Program-made: the position numbers and the translations under genes
Shown: in pieces, positions 20,120-27,343 of the stretch
Layout of the letters: each line of letters begins with the position of its first letter
Position numbering within the stretch: position 1 is the stretch's first letter
The notes under the pieces: model-generated
Database searches by the model: none
Seen by the model: the letters and a program-made list of their open reading frames with translations, nothing else
What the model was told of the DNA's origin: nothing
Origin: an uncultured Bacillales bacterium
Lineage (GTDB): Bacteria; Bacillota_I; Bacilli_A; RFN20; CAG-826
Direction: 5' to 3'
NCBI GenBank assembly: GCA_903845135.1
Contig: CAIMWL010000033.1
Coordinates: 1 to 34,969 of the forward strand
Length of the DNA: 34,969 bases

Positions 20120-21465
20120 ACCCCAGTCGACACATCAAAGGCGTTTGTATCGACTATACCCACGATGGCAAGGGTGTTGTTAAACACGAAGGTTTACCAA
20201 TCTTTGTCCCGTATTTACTGATGGGAGAAGAAGCAGAAATTCTTATTACCAATAATCGTGGAAAGTATGCAGAAGGAAAAATTACCAAACGGTTAACCAC
20301 ATCACCGCAACGTGTCACTCCACCTTGCCAATATTATGAAGTGTGTGGTGGATGCCAACTTCAACACCTTTCTTATCAAGAACAACTCAAAATGAAAAAG
20401 ATGAGAGTGGCAGAAGTCTTAAGGCGCATGGGTGATTATAACGGTAAAGTCGATGACATCATTCCTAGTGATAAACCACTTCATTATCGCAACAAGGTTC
20501 AATTTCCTTTTGGTCATGATGAACGCGGCAACTTAATCGCCGGACTATATCAACAAGGTAGCCATCGCATTATTGACATTGATGAATGTTTAATTGAAAA
20601 CACAGAAGCTGATCAAATCGTTCGCTTAGTCAAAAAACTTTGTATTGAACATCATATTGAAGCATACGATCAAAAATATCGTCAAGGTTTTATACGACAT
20701 GTTATGGTAAGAAAAGGAATTGTTACCAATCAATTGATGGTGGTTTTAGTTACGGGTAAAATAAATTTTCCTGAAAGACAAATCTTTGTTGATGCGCTTT
20801 TAAAAGCTTTTCCAAATATTCGTACGATTGTGCAAAACATTAATCCTGAATTTACCGATGTTGTCTTAGGATACCGAGAACATATTTTATTTGGGGATGG
20901 ATATATTGAAGACGAATTATCAGGGCTTAAATTTAAGATTGCTGCAAAATCCTTTTTCCAAGTGAATCCATTCCAAACGGAAAAACTTTATAATCGAGCA
21001 TTATCGATTGCAAATCTCACACCAACTGATGTTGTACTGGATGCATACTCTGGGGTTGGTACGATTACCTTATTAGCGGCAAAACAAGCCAAGCATGTTA
21101 CCGGAGTTGAAATTGTAAGGGATGCAGTTTTGAATGCGATTGAAAATGCTAAGTTAAATGAAATAAGAAATGTTTCCTTCATTGAAGCGGATGCTGCACC
21201 TTATCTTGTGGAGCGAGCTGCAAAAGGAAAGACCTATGATGTTTTATTTGTGGATCCACCTCGAAATGGATGTGATGAAGCATTCTTAAAATCCGTTAAA
21301 GTCATAAAACCAAAACGATTTGTTTATATTTCTTGTGAGCCTTCTTCGCTTGCAAGAGACATCAAATATTTATCCGATACTTATGAAGTAAAGTATGTTC
21401 AGCCTGTTGATATGTTTTCGCAAACCTATCACGTTGAGACGGTGGTATTGCTTGCGTTAAAGTAA
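20116..21465 (+). CDS. rlmD: 23S rRNA (uracil-C5)-methyltransferase RlmD
   Basis: TRAM domain, CQYYEVCGGC 4Fe-4S motif, SFFQVN, DAYSGVG, VDPPR, YISC and DMFSQTYHVE. Confidence 0.93.
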   Translation: MNPSRHIKGVCIDYTHDGKGVVKHEGLPIFVPYLLMGEEAEILITNNRGKYAEGKITKRLTTSPQRVTPPCQYYEVCGGCQLQHLSYQEQLKMKKMRVAEVLRRMGDYNGKVDDIIPSDKPLHYRNKVQFPFGHDERGNLIAGLYQQGSHRIIDIDECLIENTEADQIVRLVKKLCIEHHIEAYDQKYRQGFIRHVMVRKGIVTNQLMVVLVTGKINFPERQIFVDALLKAFPNIRTIVQNINPEFTDVVLGYREHILFGDGYIEDELSGLKFKIAAKSFFQVNPFQTEKLYNRALSIANLTPTDVVLDAYSGVGTITLLAAKQAKHVTGVEIVRDAVLNAIENAKLNEIRNVSFIEADAAPYLVERAAKGKTYDVLFVDPPRNGCDEAFLKSVKVIKPKRFVYISCEPSSLARDIKYLSDTYEVKYVQPVDMFSQTYHVETVVLLALK

Positions 21466-21480
21466 TTGAAAGTAGCTTTT

Positions 21481-21795
21481 ATGAACGTAGAAAGTAAATT
21501 ACTAAATATCATTCATCAAGCCAATAAGAAATTTCCCCATTTACAAGTATATGTCCAGTCCAAGGCGTTAAATCATCCACTTATTTATTCTCCCAAAGGC
21601 CCAACACAACCTTTTCATAGCGCCTCCGTTGGTAAACTTGCAACGGCATATGTTGTTATTCGGTTGATCGAAAGACAATTACTAAGTTTTGATTCAGCGA
21701 TAACAAGGATTCTTGATGCAAAGTCACTTGATAACTTGTTTGTGTTTAAAGGTGTGGATTATCGAAGCAATATGCTCAAGTCAGCGAATGTGTGA
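21481..21795 (+). pseudogene. Truncated serine hydrolase (beta-lactamase/AmpC-like family) fragment
   Basis: FHSASVGK SxxK motif is present, but the ORF ends after 104 aa. The YxN and HxG regions are missing and the next gene starts 46 nt later. Confidence 0.7.
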
Positions 21796-21841
21796 ATTTG
21801 AGTATTGATTACACTAAAATGTATTGTGTAAAATGACAAAG

Positions 21842-22582
21842 ATGTACCAATCTTTATCAACCGAAGTCTATTGCTATGATAAACCTATCGGAAAATCCCT
21901 TGATGGTGACATTGAGTTTTATCTTCATCAATTAAAGACGATACAAGGGGTGGTGCTTGAACCTGCATGCGGACATGGACGCATGCTTATACCTTTATTC
22001 ATGAGTGGTATTCACATCGAAGGATTTGATCAAAGTTCATTGATGCTATCTGCTTTACAAAAAGAAGCAAAGGCAAGATCAATTAGCCCAATCACTTGGC
22101 GTGACAATTTGTTGAATTTTTCTACAAATAAAACCTATGCTGGTATCATCGTTCCAACTGGAACGTGGATGTTGTTAGACACTGAAAGTAAATCACATAA
22201 AGCCCTTAAAAGATGCTTTCATGCGCTTAAAACTGGTGGCAAGATATGGATTGACTTAGATGCATCACCAACCATGAAACTAGGTGATCAAAGCATCCGG
22301 ATATTTCAAATCAACCATCATACACGCATTGAGTTAGAAAGTCGCGTGATTGATTTTAATCCTGAAGAAATGGTGTACACCTCTATTCATCATTATCGTA
22401 AATTTAACCAGCACGAACAGATCGAAGAAGAAATAGAACGATTTCCGCTAAAGTTTTACAAACCCAATCAATTTATCACCCTGCTTGAAACGGTAGGTTT
22501 TACTCAAGTTAAGGTCTATGCGGATTATCAAAAAACGTCCAAACAAAACGCCTCCACCATCACCTTTGAAGCCATAAAGTAA
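21842..22582 (+). CDS. Class I SAM-dependent methyltransferase
   Basis: VLEPACGHGR motif I, GFDQS and LKTGG. Start placed at ATG 21842, 7 nt after TAAAAT, with TTGATT as -35 (18-nt spacer). Confidence 0.85.
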   Translation: MYQSLSTEVYCYDKPIGKSLDGDIEFYLHQLKTIQGVVLEPACGHGRMLIPLFMSGIHIEGFDQSSLMLSALQKEAKARSISPITWRDNLLNFSTNKTYAGIIVPTGTWMLLDTESKSHKALKRCFHALKTGGKIWIDLDASPTMKLGDQSIRIFQINHHTRIELESRVIDFNPEEMVYTSIHHYRKFNQHEQIEEEIERFPLKFYKPNQFITLLETVGFTQVKVYADYQKTSKQNASTITFEAIK

Positions 22583-22590
22583 ATGATCGG

Positions 22591-23106
22591 ATGAAAAGTA
22601 AAAAAATCAGAGTGGTCTCACATCGGATTTATTGGAAGTTTGCTTTCTTGATAATTGCTTCAAGAATCGAAAAAGTTGTGCCATTAACCATTGGAAAAAT
22701 CCATCATGTTGGCAGTACCTCAGTTGAGGGATTACCTTCAAAACCAATCGTTGACATCGATATTGAAATTTATCAACAACAAGAATTTCCAGAGGTTGCG
22801 ATGCGTTTAATAAAGTTGGGCTACCAACATGTCGGAGATTTAGGGATAAAAGGCAGAGAAGTTTTTAAATTAAAAAGATGGAACCTTCTTCCGAAACATC
22901 ATTTGTATGTTTGTGTGTCTGGATCATCTGAACTCAATAGACAGATCGCATTCAGGAATTATTTAATCGCGAATCCCAAGACCAAAGAAGCCTATGGAAA
23001 ACTTAAGATAGAAGCAGCAAAAAAGCATCCATATGACATGGATGCTTATTTAAAGATGAAGGGTGAATTGATTAATAAAGTCTATCGGGAATTAGGATTA
23101 GATTAA
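22591..23106 (+). CDS. GrpB/UPF0157 family nucleotidyltransferase-fold protein
   Basis: HVGSTSV, KPIVDIDI, HHLYV, FRNYL, YGKLK and Y...K motifs. Confidence 0.88.
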   Translation: MKSKKIRVVSHRIYWKFAFLIIASRIEKVVPLTIGKIHHVGSTSVEGLPSKPIVDIDIEIYQQQEFPEVAMRLIKLGYQHVGDLGIKGREVFKLKRWNLLPKHHLYVCVSGSSELNRQIAFRNYLIANPKTKEAYGKLKIEAAKKHPYDMDAYLKMKGELINKVYRELGLD

Positions 23107-23864
23107 GCTAAGATGATGCCGATAAAGACTAACCAGGCTAAGATGGATTTACCAAACAAACTTAACCACACATAACTCTTTTCTCCGTAGACATAATCTT
23201 TCCATTTGCCAACGCGAGCATACTGTAAGATTTGGTTGAAGGCAAAGAGGTTAAAGACCAAGAAGTAGAAGCTTAAACCTGGTAAGACGAACCAAGGTAA
23301 GACTGATAAATCACCAATGTTTAACATATAGATGACGATGATAACCCAAGGAATTAAACCTGCAATCCAACCAATCCAGTGAGCGGTCCAATCGGTTTTG
23401 GTACGGCTAGGAGGATTCATTTTTTCCATCAAGAGACCCAGTAAGTTCATCACCGCGTTAATCCCAAAGACACTGAGTAATCCTTCGATGGTGGTGACCC
23501 CAAACATGATAGATAAGAGTACGATCATGATGGAAGAAGATAATGCGTATTCATACCAACGTAAAGGATTGATGCCTTTTTCAACATTGGCAACATATTG
23601 TTTCTTAAAAGGAACCGAGATTAAGAAGTGGAAAAGGGCACTCAACAAGATGAAACTAGCGGCAAGAATCGCCACTGGTAGTTCAAACATGGGTTCTTCA
23701 ATTGGTGCGTATAAACCACCACCAACTGGGCCAAAGAAACGGCCAACGATTTCTGGTCTAAAGTCACGGAATAGTGGAACCGTTAAGGCAAGGATTAACA
23801 AGGCAATCCCTTGGACAAGGTGAACCAAGCCCATCTTCAAATTGAAACTAACTAATTTATTCAT
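23103..23864 (-). CDS. heR: Heliorhodopsin
   Basis: Seven TMs: TM1 HLVQG, TM2 SALFH, TM3 RWYEYALSSSIM (counterion Glu), TM4 GLLME, TM6 FNLFAFNQILQY and TM7 GEKSYVWLSLFGKSILAW (SxxxK retinal Lys). SD AGGAG. Confidence 0.95.
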   Translation of the reverse strand: MNKLVSFNLKMGLVHLVQGIALLILALTVPLFRDFRPEIVGRFFGPVGGGLYAPIEEPMFELPVAILAASFILLSALFHFLISVPFKKQYVANVEKGINPLRWYEYALSSSIMIVLLSIMFGVTTIEGLLSVFGINAVMNLLGLLMEKMNPPSRTKTDWTAHWIGWIAGLIPWVIIVIYMLNIGDLSVLPWFVLPGLSFYFLVFNLFAFNQILQYARVGKWKDYVYGEKSYVWLSLFGKSILAWLVFIGIILA

Positions 23865-23881
23865 AGATTTCTCCTAAGAGC

Positions 23882-23890
23882 AATATATCA
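23882..23890 (-). promoter_or_regulatory. Candidate extended -10 element for heR (TGaTATATT)
   Basis: Reverse complement of aatatatca, just upstream of the SD. Confidence 0.4.
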
Positions 23891-23935
23891 CTCTTAGTTA
23901 TTACTTAACTTAAATATGCTTAGAGTGAAGTGGAA

Positions 23936-24178
23936 TTATTTCTTATTTGTTTTTATTTTTGAAGACTTAACTACAATCCATCCCTTTTCAATAAAGAGTT
24001 TCCATAAGGCCATGGAGTGGCCGCGACCAAGTTTGTATTCCTTCGCTAACCAATCAACAAACTTACTTGCAGTAAGATCGGGCGTAAGAAGACCGTCTTT
24101 TGCAGCTTTGTTTTTAATAGCCTCTGGCGTGGTTTTCGTCATGGCCACGATGTTAGCAATATAAGCTTGAAATGACAT
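23936..24178 (-). CDS. DUF4287 family small protein
   Basis: MSFQAYI..I...T..TP...WL..EY.LGRGHSMALW pattern. SD GAGGA overlaps the upstream stop. Start at 24178 or 24181. Confidence 0.8.
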   Translation of the reverse strand: MSFQAYIANIVAMTKTTPEAIKNKAAKDGLLTPDLTASKFVDWLAKEYKLGRGHSMALWKLFIEKGWIVVKSSKIKTNKK

Positions 24179-24189
24179 CATTATTTCCT

Positions 24190-25452
24190 CTAACTTTCTT
24201 TTTCAATAAAAAGATGGAGTGGTCGATCACCCAGTTGTTGCATCAACGGAGCAATATCGTTAAAGAATAAATCCACATCGCGACCATTCAGACTACCGTC
24301 ATCATATAAACGTATATTGCTTTCGTCTTCGACAAAGGCAGGAAAATCTTCAAACGTCCCTTCGTAATTGGTTAAAAAAGAAAATCGAAATTCTCGAGCG
24401 TTCATAATGCCTTCTCTATGTTGAAAAGAAAATTCAAAACTATAACTCTCAAGCCCATAAGAGGCAATTAAGTAACCCACATAATATTGACGATTGGTTT
24501 TATTATAAAAGCCAATGAGACCTTGTGTGTTTGAACCAACAAAAAACGATTCGTTTACTTCGAAGACACTTAGATTTTCAATGAAGTAGAAACTTTCTAA
24601 ATCCTCAATATTCACAGATTGATCTGGATACCCTTGGTTTAAAAACTTATCTAACATACTGAGTGGAGGTGTGAATTTTACATCTTGCCAATAGAAAGCG
24701 TTCATCGATAGATCAATGGTAAGCGTATAAGCGTGATTGCGATAAATTTCATATTTAAAACGATCGGGTCCAATTTTGTAAAGGATATATTTATCTCCTT
24801 GATGAAGAACATATTGATCCAATCCCTCATTGATTTGCCGTAAATTAAAGACATCGTTGGGAATCCCACTTGGATCATCATGGTAAAGCATGCGTTGAAC
24901 ATAGTATAGATTGTTATCCGGATAGCCAAGATCGTTGAGTAAACCAACCAATCCTAGGTTAACCTCTCCGTTTTCATTCAATAAAAATTGTTCGAGATGA
25001 TCAAAAACGAGTTCCATTTCAATATTGGTCATTAAACCACCACTGATATTTCTAGATTCTAATTCATTGATGATCGATGGATCATTAATTAAGTAACAAT
25101 TCTCTTCACCATAACAAGCATCATTGATTAACCCAGTTGGTCCACCCAGCAATACCACGCCGACACTGACCGCTAACGCAACACTAGCACTGGCAGCGAT
25201 AATTGGTTTTAACGGTAACTTTTTCTGTTGAATCTTATCTAAGTTATCCTTGTCGTTAAAGTAATCTAAGGGCACCTCAAAATAAACACAAATGAGTTTG
25301 AGACTATTGATATGAATCTGTCTGGTTCCCTTTTCCCAATTACTAATGGTGGTGTTGTTAACAAAAATAGCTTTCGCTAACTCAGCTTGAGAAATTCCTT
25401 TTTTAGTTCTTAATTGGCGAAGTTTTTCACCGATGATATTTTCTTTATTCAT
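24190..25452 (-). CDS. Membrane-anchored XRE-family HTH protein with a large extracytoplasmic domain, paralog 1
   Basis: IGEKLRQLR...SQAELA...TISNWEKG HTH, single TM (IIAASASVALAVSVGVVLL), ACYGEENCY motif and about 300 aa acidic domain. SD GAGGT. Confidence 0.85.
   Translation of the reverse strand: MNKENIIGEKLRQLRTKKGISQAELAKAIFVNNTTISNWEKGTRQIHINSLKLICVYFEVPLDYFNDKDNLDKIQQKKLPLKPIIAASASVALAVSVGVVLLGGPTGLINDACYGEENCYLINDPSIINELESRNISGGLMTNIEMELVFDHLEQFLLNENGEVNLGLVGLLNDLGYPDNNLYYVQRMLYHDDPSGIPNDVFNLRQINEGLDQYVLHQGDKYILYKIGPDRFKYEIYRNHAYTLTIDLSMNAFYWQDVKFTPPLSMLDKFLNQGYPDQSVNIEDLESFYFIENLSVFEVNESFFVGSNTQGLIGFYNKTNRQYYVGYLIASYGLESYSFEFSFQHREGIMNAREFRFSFLTNYEGTFEDFPAFVEDESNIRLYDDGSLNGRDVDLFFNDIAPLMQQLGDRPLHLFIEKES
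25328..25368. repeat. 41-bp direct repeat, copy 1 (HTH recognition-helix coding region)
   Basis: 40/41 identical to 26735-26775. Confidence 0.85.
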
Positions 25453-25479
25453 ATGACTTCAAACCTCAAATCATTTCGT

Positions 25480-26859
25480 CTAATAAACAATTGCATCAAG
25501 TTTAAACGTATCTTCTAATAAAAAATCAAAAATGTTCTCAATCTCAATAAAACAATCGTTGATGGTTAGGTCCTTTAAATCAGAATGGAAAATTGGTTCT
25601 TGCTTCGCCCAATTCAACCAATGTTGGATGGTGAGTTCTTGCCCCAACATCTCTTGGGTTATTCGGTAAGAAACACTTCCACCACTTACAGGTGTAATCA
25701 GATTCGTATTACCAAAGTCATAAACATTTAAACTTAAAGTGGTTAAAAAGTCTTCATAACCACCACTATGAGCCGCACCTATAGAATAGGTTCTCGTTGA
25801 ATTGAAAGGGTTATGCTGGATTGAGAAGAAAGGAACCTCTAGCGCATAAATGGGGTGATCTTTCATGTAATGGTAGATACCATTTTGAGTAATATAAATT
25901 CCGGCTTCTGTTTCAAAAAAGTTAATGGTCATTTTTGTTGATTCGTTTTCATACAAGAATGGACTTGTATGAAAGACACTATCAAAAGGATAATTTTCAA
26001 CAAAGTATTCATAGATAACTTTGGGCGAAAGATAACTTTTGTCACCAAAATAGATCGTGTTTAACTCTAATTGAATATTAAAAACATATTGCTGTGTGCT
26101 GTAAATTTCGTACTTAAAGACATCTGAAGAAACTTTATAGATGATATGTTTTTCTAACTCAAAACCAGACCCGAGATAAAATAATTGATTGCCTTGAGGA
26201 TTTGTGGTGTTTAAATCAAATACATAAAGATTGGGGAAAGGGCTTGGTTGATTTTCGTTATAGAAGTCATTGACAAAACCTTCTAAATTTTGCCTTATTT
26301 CTTCTGTTTCAATCGGGAGATTCAAATAGTAATTTTTTAAATTAATTTCATCAAGCTTTGATTTATTAAATTGATGTTCTTGGGTTCCAACCGTAAAAGT
26401 CTCTAAAAAATATTTTAATCTTTCCATTTCCACATTGGTCATTTGACCACCGCTTATATTCCGTGAAGAAAGTTCGCTGACGATGGATGGATCATCGATT
26501 AAATAACAAACCAGTTCACCATAACAAGCCTCGTTATTGATATTCGCTCTGCGATTTAGGGCAACCACGGTTAAACTCACTAACATTGCCACTGCTGCAC
26601 TTCCTGCAAGTAATGTTTTGATTGGCACCTTTCTCCACGACTCAGTTTTTTCTTCAGCTTCTAAGAAGTAACTTGTTGGAACGCCAAAATAATCACTCAA
26701 GGCTTTCAAACTATCAGTTTGAATTTTACGAGTACCCTTTTCCCAATTACTAATGGTGGTGTTCTTAACAAAAATTGCGCCAGCTAATTCTGCTTGACTT
26801 ACTTTTCTTTTAACTCGTAATTGTCGGAGTCTCTCTCCGGGTTCAATTTTAACTTTCAT
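25480..26859 (-). CDS. Membrane-anchored XRE-family HTH protein with a large extracytoplasmic domain, paralog 2
   Basis: Start moved to ATG 26859 (7 nt after TATAAT). PGERLRQLR...SQAELA...TISNWEKG HTH, single TM and ACYGELVCY motif. Confidence 0.85.
   Translation of the reverse strand: MKVKIEPGERLRQLRVKRKVSQAELAGAIFVKNTTISNWEKGTRKIQTDSLKALSDYFGVPTSYFLEAEEKTESWRKVPIKTLLAGSAAVAMLVSLTVVALNRRANINNEACYGELVCYLIDDPSIVSELSSRNISGGQMTNVEMERLKYFLETFTVGTQEHQFNKSKLDEINLKNYYLNLPIETEEIRQNLEGFVNDFYNENQPSPFPNLYVFDLNTTNPQGNQLFYLGSGFELEKHIIYKVSSDVFKYEIYSTQQYVFNIQLELNTIYFGDKSYLSPKVIYEYFVENYPFDSVFHTSPFLYENESTKMTINFFETEAGIYITQNGIYHYMKDHPIYALEVPFFSIQHNPFNSTRTYSIGAAHSGGYEDFLTTLSLNVYDFGNTNLITPVSGGSVSYRITQEMLGQELTIQHWLNWAKQEPIFHSDLKDLTINDCFIEIENIFDFLLEDTFKLDAIVY
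26735..26775. repeat. 41-bp direct repeat, copy 2
   Basis: 40/41 identical to 25328-25368. Confidence 0.85.
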
Positions 26860-26926
26860 TAGACTTATTATAATCGATTCAATACTTTCTATTTTATTAA
26901 ATAACCACACTTGATATAGTGGTTTT
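26860..26926. promoter_or_regulatory. Divergent promoter region with two leaderless-type -10 boxes and an inverted repeat
   Basis: TATAAT on - (26867-26872), TGaTATAGT on + (26912-26920), and AACCAC-N10-GTGGTT at 26903-26924. Confidence 0.5.
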
Positions 26927-27340
26927 ATGCCATTAGATGTAACGCAGAACTCCATTGATTCTTATATCAAAGATCTTCCAGAAAGCAGGAGAGCGGATGT
27001 GCTTTGGCTTGTTGAACAAATGGAAATGATTTCTAAACGAAAACCCAAATTATGGGGTTCCATTATTGGCTTTGGTCGACTGTATTATCGTTATCCCACC
27101 GGGAATGATGGATATATGCCCATCATCGCTCTTTCCAGTCGCAAACAAGCATTGACATTATATTTATCATTTAATCTAGAAAAAGAAGTGGAATTAAAAA
27201 ATTTAGGAACATACAGCATTGGGAAGAGTTGTCTCTATATCAAAAAGCTATCCGATGTCAATTTAAAAGTCCTTGTAACGGTGATGAAGAAAGCTTATCA
27301 GCAATCGCTTGCCTATGATTTTATAAAAGTAATCGAATAA
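26927..27340 (+). CDS. DUF1801 (YdhG-like) family protein
   Basis: PKLWGSIIGFG.L.Y.Y.TG..G, SSRKQALTLY and GKSCLYIKKLSDV. Confidence 0.85.
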   Translation: MPLDVTQNSIDSYIKDLPESRRADVLWLVEQMEMISKRKPKLWGSIIGFGRLYYRYPTGNDGYMPIIALSSRKQALTLYLSFNLEKEVELKNLGTYSIGKSCLYIKKLSDVNLKVLVTVMKKAYQQSLAYDFIKVIE

Positions 27341-27343
27341 TTA

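Noticed and set aside
21430-21465. att site of an integrative element at the rlmD 3' end
   Set aside because: No second copy of this sequence and no integrase or relaxase was noticed in the window.
23888-23928. TCACTCTTAG...CTTAGAGTGA inverted repeat as a terminator between DUF4287 and heR
   Set aside because: Long AT-rich loop and no U-tract; an operator role cannot be excluded.
24190-26859. Prophage repressor or immunity region
   Set aside because: The XRE proteins are membrane-anchored and no phage genes flank them.
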